Shown here: positions 26,001 to 37,939 of the stretch, one piece after another
Layout of the letters: the number at the start of each line of letters is the position of its first letter
Position numbering within the stretch: the stretch's first letter is position 1
From: Bugula neritina
Taxonomy: Eukaryota > Animalia > Bryozoa
Direction: 5' to 3'
NCBI GenBank assembly: GCA_964035545.1
Contig: OZ037765.1
Span: 16,616,995-16,680,994, forward strand
DNA length: 64,000 nucleotides
Translations under genes and position numbers: made by a program
The notes under the pieces: generated by a model
What the model was told of the DNA's origin: nothing
Seen by the model: only the letters and a program-made list of their open reading frames with translations
Database searches by the model: none

Positions 26001-29000
26001 TACGTACTGTGTTACTATGTACTGTGTTACTACGTACTGTGTTACTACGTACTGTGTTACTACGTACTGTGTTACAATGTACTGTGTTACAATGTACTGT
26101 GCTACTATATACTGTGTTACTACGTACTGTGTTACAATACACTGTGTTACTATGTACTGTGTTACTATGTACTGTGTTACTACGTACTGTGTTACTACGC
26201 ACTGTGTTACAATACACTGTGTTACTATGTACTGTGTCATCCTAAATGCTCAACACCTTGCTGCATATTTTCATGAACACGCGTAATGAAACATGGTACT
26301 CAGAATATAATGGATAAGATACCTTTCTCACAAGATCATGGATATCAAATCGAGGATCGTTGCTAGCTTCGACAAGCAAGCTGAGTGGGGTAAACAGGAA
26401 GTGCACGAGCTCCGTAGCATTTGGATTGTGAAGATAAGATCGGAGTCTAGCCTACAACATAAAGTTTAATTTCACATCATATTAACATGTGCAATAGGAT
26501 CATAAACCAAGATCTTAGTTGTAGATAATTAATAAAGAACCACTCCAACCTATTAATACAACGCTAAAGCCTGCAACACATAAACATATCTAATATTGCA
26601 TTTATATTACATTTTGATATTTATCATACATGTCTGTACTCTGTATACCATATGCTTTGCTATGTTCACTGCCTGAATCATGAATACTGGAGTTTAATAT
26701 GCTGGAAAATGTAGACACATTTAAAATGAATTACATTGCAGACTTACAGCTATATGTGATTGTACATATCGCACATACACCCACAAGCTTATATAACTAC
26801 AATCAGCTTCTACAACATGCAATTACACTCACCAACAAGTTGAAGGACAGTTTTATCTTCTGAAAACATTCAGCAAATTCCGCAGGGGATGGAGCCCGAG
26901 ACCTCATGGTTAACATACCGTCTGAAATTACAATAGTGAAATTATCTCTTTCATTTATAAACTTACACCCAGGTAAAAGAAATCTCACACTGCAACTACA
27001 AATTGGATAGGTTAGTAAAAGGACAGGACATGCATGCCAGGATGTATTAAACTACACTACACAGGATTCTGGATACATTCATCAGTTAATGTATAAAACC
27101 AGCCTTTTTAATGACTCTACAAAACATGGCATGCTCTACACTCTACAGGGTGGCAGGCTGTTTTCTGGTGACTTCAGCATTGTTGAAACAAAAGAAATAA
27201 CTATTTTGTCTCAGTGAGGTTCAAACCTACTGAAACCAAATGCTTAGCATCATAACTAACCCTCTTAATTTATATAATGCATTAAACTGATAGTTTTACA
27301 GGCTTTCATGTCAATTATTACACATGTTCCCGAGAGTACAGGGCAATAACTTCACTATTTTATCAAACTATTGTCTGTTCATGACTGAAAGAAAAGAAAA
27401 TAACCTAAATTTCAACTTCGTAAAATATTAAACTGATGCTGTGAAACCTCACTGCACAAGTAAAAATTTCATTCAACAAAAAAGTTTCAAACACCGACTA
27501 CATAGTAAGTTACAGTTTCAGTTACAGTTACAATTGAAGACACCACACAAAATCTAAAACGCAATGCTGAAGTTAGATTAGTAAACTTAAAACACTGCAA
27601 GGATTTATAAAAATTGGAGGAGTTATTCCTATAAGCATTCCACATATAAAGACGTTTTGCTAAATAAACATTTCAAATAAATTTAGCAGATTTCAAGATG
27701 AGAGCTTATTTCATTCCGCTTGCCAGTTACTTACCACCATCAGTAAAGTGTTTGCGTTTGCTACCTGCACATATAAATACTCAGCTGTAGTATAATACAC
27801 TCCTGACTACTACATACAACATACTGCATACAACATACTGCATACAACATACTGCATACAACGCACTACATACAACATACTGCACACAACACACTACATA
27901 CAACACACTACATACAACATACTGCATACAACATACTGCATACAACACACTACATACAACACACTACATACAACACACTACATACAACATACTACATACA
28001 ACACACTACATACAACACACTACATACAACACACTACATACAACACACTACATACAACATACCGCATACAACACACTACATACAACACACTACATACAAC
28101 ACACTACATACAACACACTACATACAACATACTGCATACAACATACTGCATACAACATACTGCATACAACGCACTACACACAACATACTGCACACAACAC
28201 ACTACATACAACATACTGCATACAACACACTACATACAACATACTACAGACAACACACTACATACAATGCACTACATACAACATACTACATACAACACAC
28301 AACATGCTACATATAGGTAAAATAGATTACACCAGCTACATACTTCCATGTCTCTTGTTCTTGGAATGTTTCTTTCTGTCAGACAGCTCGTGCAGAGCTT
28401 TAGCACACTGCTTCAGTCTCAACACAAACCGCTCTACGTCATCAAAACATCTGTTCAGTAGCCCCTACAACGATGAAAGTAAACTTTGAAGATTTTATAA
28501 GATCAACTACATATAAGGCCAATTTAACAAATTGAAAACTACTAAAAAGTACTATTTAACAAAGAAAACAAATTTAGCCAAAGATGCCAATTGCAGACTG
28601 CAACATATAATACAGTTGTAATGCGTATATGACAGGTAGAAATTATTACTTTTCTATCATCAATTAGTGAGCAAATGTTTTAACATCAACACCTCAAAAT
28701 TAAACGGTGAAAGGCAACACCAAATTTCTATAAACAAAAAGCATAATTATAAAAATGTATAACAATGTATTTACTACAATCCTTATTATGATACACCAGC
28801 ACTTTTATAGTCGATAATATAATTGATGGAAACTCCAAACTGATAGATATTATAGTAGTAAAATGAGTAGAATTGTTTACATATATATAAATAAATACAA
28901 TTATTATGACTTCTATACTGAATTAGAGTAGTAGAGTGGAACCCAATAGTGCTGTACCTCTACAAGTGCAATAAGATGGGCTTTCAACTTTTCTTTTCCA

Positions 29001-32000
29001 ACCTTTACAGTTTACAGCTATGACTCCCATAGGAATACAAACTTTTACTTCAATATTCTCTGGTAAAATCAATTTAATAGAATAAGAATGACCCAACTTA
29101 CCACTCCCATTCTGATATCCTCCTCAGTCTCAAGTTCACTTTCCATCACCTTCCTATTAGCCCGAGTCTGATCCCTCGGTCTGAGGGGTTTAGTTTCATA
29201 AACTGCATCTACAACGGACACACCTACACCATAAGTAGAGATACAGGGACCAGCGGTTAGTGAGATGTGGAAGTATACAGGCTGAGTCATTCACATAGGT
29301 GTAAATATGGCTGCCTATATTGGATAATTTATATCTCTTGGTTAGGAGATATGATTTAACATACAGAGTTTGAAAACTACCAACAGGTATCGATATTAGG
29401 CAGTTTCTAAATAGTAAAACCTGCAGTTCGTTGAGTATAACACAGCCTGAGTCTACACTAACTACACTAAGTAAATACTTGGTGTACATGAAAATATTGC
29501 GTAAGTGTTTTAATGGTAAGATGTAGATAAGACTTGGTCAAATTCTAAAGCACTAAGTAAAACTAGCATGTTGCTATTAATAAAATGTTCCACTTATGGA
29601 GTAAGTGTTGATATGGTCATAATGTATACATCAGCAGTCAACAAGGTGCTTGTAATACAGATATTATAGTAGATAGTGAAGTTAAAGTCCTCCACACATG
29701 ACAATTCACTATCCCCCATACTATTACACTACCATTACAGTGGATATCCCACAAAGTCTATGAAGGAAACTACTATACACACTTTTAATGAAAATTCATA
29801 CAACACTAATTAGATAATTCCTGATCCATAACAGGCAACTGTCTAATGAATAACAGAGCTGAGGGCAGGTAGACTGGCATAGTTTATCAGCCTTATACTG
29901 TTTGAAAAATGGCAACAAAAAAACTAAATTTTTAATTAAAACAGAGAAAGTATTTAGATGGTGACCTCAGTTGATAAACAACAGACATCATAATAGTTAG
30001 TCTGCAGAAATTAAAGACACTTATCGGGCAGCCAACAGCATAAAATGCTTTGCTGTACTGACTGCCCTAACCCATGAGTAATAGAGAGTATAGGTGAGGT
30101 AAAGCTGTATGAAAGCTTGCAGTTGCATGTAAGTGCTGTTGGTAGAAGTGTGCTGCAACATTTCATATATTAGCTTATTTCCCGTCATAGTGTAGAACAC
30201 TGTGCACATGATAACTGCAAGCAATCACCAAGACTGTGGAGTAGGTACCAAAACCACACCTGCAGTGGATGCAACCAAAACCAAATCTGTATTGGAAGCA
30301 ACCAAATTAAATTTAGAAGAAAGTGCAAAATGTGAAATTTCCCTGAAAAGATGTTTTAATAAAGAAGAGGTGAAGTTATAGTAATGTCAATGAATGTAAA
30401 CTTACAAATTGACTGGAAGGCAAACTGAAACTACTCAAGAGTATTTGTTAATATCAACAATGTGGTTGCTGTGATATTTATAAAGCATATCTAGAAAATA
30501 TATTTTATATGCCAAGGAAAATAACTAAATGAGCTTCTTATCATGGTTTGGTTCCAGCATTGAAATGGTAATTATATATTAACAAAATTGAAATTGCTAT
30601 TATATTGGTAAACAGATTTAAAGCAAAGCAAGAAACCCCATAGTTATAGAAGAAAGAAAGAAATAGAGTGCTGAAGCTACCTTGGTGCTCAAATTTGTTA
30701 ATAGCATCTTGCACAGTGAGTTGCTGTAAATTACCATTACTATCAGTTCTGTCCTTTCTATATGATGCGGGCGATGGCTCTTTAGAATTTCTCTTTGAAG
30801 AACTACAAAAGCATTTTCCTCTGCATATAAAACACAGTGCTGGCATTCAGATAAGCATGATAAAGGCCTTTTAAAGGCAATCAAAGTTACAAATATAATT
30901 GCAACATTTTATTAAAAGAACACAATTTATTTGTAGATTTAAAGTTTAAATGTGTATATAAAACTTGGATACGCTGAGAGCTTGTCTAGAGTCTAGAATC
31001 TAGAATCTAGATCATGCAGGGTAACAGAATAAAACTTGACAATATCTTCTGAATTTGTGATTTTAAAAAATTGAAAATTTATTGAAATCTTCAACACAGC
31101 GAACAAATTTCCTAAAAGTCTATAAACCATGCATCATCACAGCAAATGGCACACCATGTTAGTGTCACTAATATTAATATTAAGTTTAGAAGCAGATATA
31201 CACCTCCTATGAAAAGTATCTGCATAGAAAAATATTTGTTCTTGTTACCTCCATGTTAAAATATGTAACGCAGTACATATAATAATACTTATTATTATTA
31301 TTATTGTGAACTACATGTATATACGGAATATATTGGATGCAAAACAATAAATTACCTTTAAATACAAGTATAAATGATAGCAGACAAGGATATAAAGGTA
31401 TATAACACACGAGGGAGATTTTACCTTCTTGACTGAGAGTTAGAAAACTGAATAGCATCAGCAATGGCGTCTGCCAACTCTCTTGCCTACAAGATATTGT
31501 TAATCAGTTTAGTGACTAAAATCCTACTACGAAACTTATTCCTCTCTTCACACTGAAAACAACCCAAAGCCTTGGAGATGCAATGATTTAACTACCAAAT
31601 GCTTGACTAATAAAATAACTACAAGAGTGTATAAACCTAGACAAGTTTCAACCAGGGCTGGGTCAATTACGTATGAATGTAATTAATTACAATTACATAA
31701 AAATTTGTCAATTACAATTATAATTCCAGTTAAAAAGTAATGCAATTAATTACAATTACATGGTAATGTAATTAATTACAATTACAATTACTTTTGTTCT
31801 CACAAGGGACAAATAGAAGTTATATAATCTCACTTCTGCGGTTTAAGGGGCAGTTTTGACAGTGAACCAACTCTTTTGTTCTCAACAGTGATTTATAGGG
31901 TGATACAAAACTACATTGATGTATTCTGAACTAGTTTAGTTGTTATTTAACAGAAGGGATGGTAGGAAAAGTATGAAATGTTTAAGGATTTAAAAATTTG

Positions 32001-34695
32001 AAATAATTGACATGTAATTATACAGTATTTGTAAAATTTAATTACATTATATATGTAATTAATTACAATAATAATTATATTTTTATACATAAATCACAAA
32101 TTACATTCAATTACTTAAAAAATTTAAATAATTATGAACAATTACAATTACAAATACCCCAACCTTGGTTTCAACATGCCTCTTTTACATGGATCCAATG
32201 AATTTGTCTACATTACTTTACTGTTACTGCTACTACTACTTGTACTTCTACTACTGCGTATGATGCTGCTGCTACCACCACCGCCACTACTACTACCACT
32301 ACCACTACTACTACTACTACTATTGCTAGCAGTGTTGGATTATTCAAATTCAGTCATCAATTATGCTACAACAAAAAAAGTTAAGGCTGTGCATTACTTA
32401 GAAAAAGTGACTCATTCCTTATCAATGACCACGCCTTTTAAGCTAAATAGTATAACGCATTGGCTGTTGTAATAGTTATGGGCGTAGTTATGGTAGTAGT
32501 TGTGGTAGTAGTGGTAGCGGTAGTAGTAGCGGTGGTGGCGGCGGCGGCGGCAGCAGCAGCAGCAGCAGTAGTAGTAGTGGCGGTAGTAGTTACACATGCA
32601 TTAGTTCTCCACTACTAAAGTAAGGGTGTTACTCACAGGTCTCTCGATAATTTGAAAAATGTGCATTTCAGAAGATGACTGTTTATCCCTCGGGTCATCT
32701 ATGACAGTGAAGAGAGCAATGTTGTTAAACATTCCACTTTTATCAGTCACAGCCACAGGATCCTTAACACTAGACGCTGGAAACTGCTCCATAGTCTCCT
32801 ACAGATGTACAGCAGTTCTTGATATACACCGTGATACCTAAACTACTGGTTGATAGCAGCAACCACCTCCACAATAGACATGCTGTGACTTGTAATCTCC
32901 TGGTTCAATTACAGAGTTAGCTTCCCACATACAGCAACAAGAACATGCAACCACCAGCTCAACCAAGTAGACACAGCACAACACAATTATACAACCCCAC
33001 AAGCACCCAGTCAAAGACACTGCACCACATAATATGTACAAATATGGGGGAGAGAAAGCAGTTGCAGCTTCCTGGGTTAGAAGGTGATGCATTGTGCAGT
33101 GTTAGTACTGGAGTTTATTACCCAAGCATTCATTGTCACCACTTAGCATCTTACCACTTGGAAGTAGGAAACATCACACAGCCTGATGTACCCCAACCAA
33201 AAATTATATATTAAATCAACATACAAATTATATGTATGTCTCTTGTGAATAACACAAATAAGTAGGTATACACAGCATGTGCACAATACTAAATATACAA
33301 GTATTTGCCACCTATTTCACAGACAAATAGTACTTATATTATCAATCATGCTGACTAGAAACCAACCAGCAAACATGCAGGTTTATCTTACCACAGTTCC
33401 AGTAATGTAAATCATTAAAAAAAATCAGTGTAGTGAGTTAGTGGAAGAGTAGTGAGTTAGTGGAAGAGTAGTGAGTTAGTAGAAGAGTAGTGAGTTAGTA
33501 GAGGAGTAGTGAGTTAGTAGAGGAGTAGTGAGTTAGTAGAAGAGTAGTGAGTTAGTAGAGGAGTAGTGAGTTAGTAGAGGAGTAGTGAGTTAGTAGAGGA
33601 GTAGTGAGTTAGTAGAAGAGTAGTTGACTTACGCCAGTCTGACTGTCTACAATACGGACAACAGAGCTGTCCACTGCAACAACACACCGCATAGTGAATA
33701 CGCCTCTCTCCTGCTCCATTTTGGTCAGCTGTTGCATGCCATCCTCATGCGTCAAGACTCCTGTTAGTGAGTACGTAGTGTTACATTTTACTCACAACTG
33801 ATTTAATCACATGTGTTTAGATGACTCCTGTACATGCTATAACTATATCTTACCATATTCAGAGCCAACAGAAAATGTGACTAGATGGTCAGCAGAAAAC
33901 ATTTCTACAGACTGCGAAGGACCTCGACCTGGTGAACCATCTAGAAATATGTGTGTATAGTATATGCTTGCTGCATGTTTCAACAGTTTAGATGGTAGAC
34001 TTAAAATTTTTAGGAACAAGTATTGTAGTGCATATATAGTTAATTTAGTTATCATTTAAATAGTGCAATTAGTTTTATAGTATACAGTATTCAAAACCAA
34101 GTAAACATGGAAATGACAGAATAAAATAATGAAAGATAAAAATGTATCTTTTGTAAACATTACTAGTATAGTCTGCAAGAGCGCATAGACTGATACAGGC
34201 TTACTGCTGGAGTAGAAGAGTTTAGGGGAGGGTTGGTAAGGCACTGCAGAGGGCTGGTAGTTGGAGAGATGCTGCGGACTCTTCCCATAATCGACACCTC
34301 TATAAAGAGAACGCAGTATCCTTAATATAACACAGTAAATTACTTTAAAAGTACAGCATGCTAAAAGTAAATACGTTTGAGCGAGAAAAAATTATTCACA
34401 CTATACTTTTTAAATTCACACACATAATTAATTAGGTTACTGAATTTCTATTTAGTAATATGTCTATCTTTGGGTTGTGCTATTTTTGGTGTCTAATATT
34501 TTGGGTTCATAAATTGTATGTTTATAGAATATATCATAATACAATGTAAAGTGTAAATGATTGAATTATACCTAGAATAAGCATAATAATCATTGTATAA
34601 TTCTTATTAAGATCATACTAGAGTACATGCAAGCAATCAACTTACCTAGAATAGTTGCCAAAACTACTAGGTCCGTTCAGATATTTCCCTGGCAT
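17095..34695 (-). CDS. EPS8: Epidermal growth factor receptor kinase substrate 8 family protein (PTB - EGFR-binding region - SH3 - Pro-rich - SAM/PNT), 24 coding exons, ~882 aa
   Basis: Minus-strand exons 34695-34646, 34299-34205, 33940-33854, 33760-33633, 32798-32637, 31486-31425, 30820-30681, 29223-29102, 28464-28344, 27764-27735, 26921-26833, 26451-26323, 24732-24623, 24245-24068, 23356-23205, 22884-22804, 22531-22456, 22254-22162, 21712-21511, 20120-20088, 19553-19355, 19061-18926, 17862-17760, 17165-17095 (2649 nt, in phase). Motifs DHLVTF (PTB), LNRCFDDVERF, FQKIKLSFNLL, HNPNATELVHFLFTPL, SH3 ELSIRKGEIIEVLDDARNWWK...GFVP, SAM-like EVTDWLQKKGF. Boundaries of the low-complexity exons are less certain. 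Confidence 0.93.
17397..17752. repeat. 16-bp minisatellite (AGCTGGTGTAGCACTC) x ~22, essentially perfect
   Basis: Directly visible tandem array in the last EPS8 intron, starting ~7 nt after the donor at 17759. Confidence 0.98.
24772..26237. repeat. 15-bp minisatellite (TACTGTGTTACTAYG and variants) x ~97
   Basis: Fills most of the EPS8 intron 24733-26322 and explains the long TVLLC/YCVTM/SNTVH/VTQY ORFs in the track. Confidence 0.98.
27807..28300. repeat. 14-bp minisatellite (CATACAACAYACTR) x ~35
   Basis: Directly visible tandem array filling the EPS8 intron 27765-28343. Confidence 0.96.
31653..32167. mobile_element. Non-autonomous hAT MITE, 515 bp, with AATTAC/GTAATT subterminal repeats
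   Basis: Imperfect TIRs CAGGGCTGGG ... CCCAACCTTG; perfect 8-bp TSD GTTTCAAC (31645-31652 and 32168-32175); clustered AATTAC motifs at both ends. Confidence 0.88.
32219..32590. repeat. Compound trinucleotide microsatellites in inverted arrangement: (CTA/CTG/CCA)n ... (TAG/TGG/CGG/CAG)n
   Basis: Left arm ~32219-32330, right arm ~32470-32590; source of the poly-L/P and poly-Y/C/R ORFs. Confidence 0.85.
33430..33624. repeat. 19-bp minisatellite (TAGTGAGTTAGTAGARGAG) x ~10
   Basis: Tandem array beginning ~8 nt after the EPS8 donor at 33632; each unit reads TACTAAC or CACTAAC on the EPS8 sense strand. Confidence 0.96.
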
Positions 34696-36259
34696 GCTGA
34701 GCAATGTTTATTCTGTCAACATTCTACACTCCTACTCAAAATATCATTATTTTAAACAAATATCAAAGCTTTGTATGAAATGAATGATACAATGAAATCA
34801 ACAATATAGTAGTCTTAGTTGCTTGCTTAAACCTATTGATCCTACAATGCATAGCCACACTAGTGTTGTGAGATAGCTAGATTGTAGGCAGTTGCTTGTC
34901 ACCAAAAACCACTTAAGTCAAGTTTATTTACATTACAGGAGGGACTTGATTTACCAACCCACTGATAACTTTATCTTTATCAGTTAAAAACCCAAAGCTT
35001 TGCCAGCCTTAGTCAACCTGATAAGTTAATAGCAGAATATGGGTCAGATCACACAAACTGCTCTAACAGAAAGCCAGGAGGTTCATTATAGATCCTCATG
35101 CTACATAAGACAAATTTTTAGTTGCTAAAATCAATTACATGCACTGATTATGAGAAAAAACAATCTGCACCTCAAGATATTGGTTGGCAAGCTAGTAATC
35201 AACGTGTTTCACTTATCACTTTAAGTCTATTTCTAGCCCTGACCTGTCACACCCTCTCTGATTACAGCTCATTTTAGCAACTAGACTAAACACATATAGT
35301 ATTTTACAAAACTAAAATGAAAAATCAACAAATAAATTAGCTACTAAAAGTGAATTGAATAATTAAATTATCTAGTACTTGTAAGACAATGGAAATTTTT
35401 TCTCAAGTATCTAACTCGTACAGAAATGAAGTACTTGCAATAGACAATCAGCCTAAATACAACATTTCACTTTACTTTTCATTTTGAGTCATTTTCATCA
35501 AAAAACTCTTTATAGAATTTCAAAATTTAAATTGAATACAAAGCAATTTCAACTCTAGAAGCAATAAGCTATCTCCCACTATAATTTACAAAAACAACTT
35601 ATACTTTCTCAATTTCTCAAATTTGCAGCTGGTTAATTATATTGTATAATTAAATCATGTAACATAGTTAAAATACATGTCATCTATTTAAAATATTAAA
35701 CAAAATACATCTACTTGACTTTGAGTAGTAAGACTAAGTGCAGCATATATAAAGTATAGTGAAACCTGGGTAATTTGAAGCATAGGGAATTGATCAGTGA
35801 TCTTAACACATTTTAACTAGTTTCATCTGCTTTTTATTTGTTGATGATGTTAAGCAAATAACACGTAAAACATTTCAAAGTTATCTTGTAGACATCTTCA
35901 GGAATTATTCCAAGTATAATTGAGTATGTAAATGCAAATATACATGTACAAATCTATAAATATCATATACATCAAACGTCATTATACTCTACATTATGTA
36001 AGCTAATGACTAACCAGTAAGTGTAGTGGCTAAAAGTTTAGTGAAGCTGAAATGAGGAATGCTCCCTAACCTTATAATATGAAAATTACATTACTTAAAC
36101 TTAATTTATCAAGTTACACCCACACTCATTAGGTTTAGCCTGAAAGTTTTTAGCTATAAGGTAAGTACATGATCCTGAGAGATAAAAAATGAAGTGTGTT
36201 ATAGTTAAATTTTAGCTGTTTCTTTATAAAAAAAAAGTATCTGCAAAAAGCAATACATT

Positions 36260-37125
36260 ATATTCATTATCAATATGATTATACAAATACAATATGCTTA
36301 TAGCCAACACATAATATATTAACATTAGTATTATTGAAGTATATTAGATATTTGTTAGTATGAGTATAACTCTAAGAAGCATAGCAACACTCACTCTGAC
36401 TAACTCTAAGGGCTAAGACCTAGTTACAATATGAATAATAATAAAATTAGGTATAAGTATTAGAGCTATCACTAAAAGTAAAACTTTAATACTATTATTA
36501 TTAGACCTACTATTAGTACAACTATCGGTATCACTCATCACTCATAATACAATTAGTATTAGTAATGAGTATTACTATCAGTATCAGCGTAAAATTTACT
36601 ATAACCAATACTGTAAAAGACTTAGAGTATAATAGTAATTAATTAATTATAATACTACACTCATTTCATACACTGTGACTAAACCTACAGTAAAAACTTT
36701 TACATATTCCAAAACTTATTATTATGATTATTATTATCATCACTTAGTCTTACTCTTAGTGATATTAATTTTCCCAATATGAATATCAATATAAACATCA
36801 ACACCATTATAATTATAACTAGCAATATTATTATATCGATTTCAATATCAAATTCAGTATGAATATGTGTTTAACTAATACTAACAGTTTTAATATCAGT
36901 ATTTCAGTGTGAGTATTTTAATTTGTATAACTATAAGTATAACTGTACCGGCAATAGTATTACTATTAGATTTAGTATTACTATTAGTATTAGTAATACT
37001 AACTAACTAATAGTAATAGTAATACTAATAGTAATAGGATTACAGTATCAGTAGGAGTCAGCAATACTAATAGTAATAGTAATACTTATATTAGCTTATA
37101 CTCATACTGATAGTAATACCAATAG
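36260..37125. repeat. Degenerate (ANT)n triplet-periodic low-complexity tract
   Basis: Runs such as att-agt-att-act-att-agt-att-agt-aat-act; no exact tandem unit. Confidence 0.7.
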
Positions 37126-37520
37126 AACGAGGAGCTAGAAGTATTGGGCAGCAAATATCAGCACAGACGAGGCACTGCGTGAAAATGAATGTGAAAACGT
37201 AAAACGAAATGGTTGACCTCGTAATGATAATTAATATTTATATTATGATTATCGAGTGGAGATTAAAAAAACTGTTCTCAACTTTAAGTTCAACCATGAC
37301 GGTGATTGTTTTTAGGGAAGGGCACATAGTAGCCTGTGAGCGCAAATACAAAACGCCGTTTTTTATAACAGAGCTGACAGTTTCATTATTATGGTAGATA
37401 AAGCAGTAATAGCACAGTCATGGGGCACAGTCATTGGGCTAAAGCAGGTTGTAATTGTAAACCGGATATGAGTTAATCGAAAAACTGGCACATAATCATA
37501 ACGATTATGATAAAGATTAG
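37120..37520 (-). promoter_or_regulatory. Putative EPS8 promoter / 5'UTR exon region
   Basis: Island of ordinary-complexity, CpG-containing sequence ~2.5 kb upstream of the EPS8 ATG, between two (ANT)n tracts. Inference only. Confidence 0.35.
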
Positions 37521-37939
37521 CCTGAATCGTAATGTAATGAAATATTTTTTAATATATTATATACACACAATGGCCTTTAGATTTATTTGCGCAGATTGTC
37601 AAAGTTGTAGGCCATTTTTATTTAAACATTTGTCTAATATAATATTATGCTTAATTAACGGCGTTTTAGTATAATTATTATAATTATAACTACGTACTAT
37701 ACGTAATACGTACTATACTTGAATACGCAGACTGGTCATAACAGCGAATCAATTAATTGTGCATTCAAAATCCTGTTGTCTAAACACGTAGTCACCAATT
37801 ACAAATAATATTATTTCAGTGAATCACGAATGGTTACCCTCACAATATCCAATCCTATAGATATAGCCATAGGTGTAACAATTAATATTATAGATAATAC
37901 TCGATACACACAGTTGGATAGAAAAGTTCAAGTAATATT

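Noticed and set aside
24614-26286. Long ORFs (543, 477, 376, 298, 293 aa) with 5-residue periodicity on both strands
   Set aside because: Artefacts of a 15-bp intronic minisatellite that lacks stops in several frames; the array lies between two well-supported EPS8 exons.
26310-26322. GTATCTT donor resembling a U12-type 5' splice site
   Set aside because: Does not match GTATCCTT, and no TTCCTTRAY branch site is visible near the acceptor at 24733.
27200-27270. B-box-like GGTTTGAACC suggesting a tRNA gene on the minus strand
   Set aside because: No cloverleaf could be folded; at most a decayed SINE head.
30260-30342. Possible small EPS8 exon
   Set aside because: Weak donor (GTGTGG), ambiguous acceptor and not needed for frame continuity.
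32134-32597. Poly-Leu/Pro and poly-Tyr/Cys/Arg ORFs
   Set aside because: Translations of intronic trinucleotide microsatellites.
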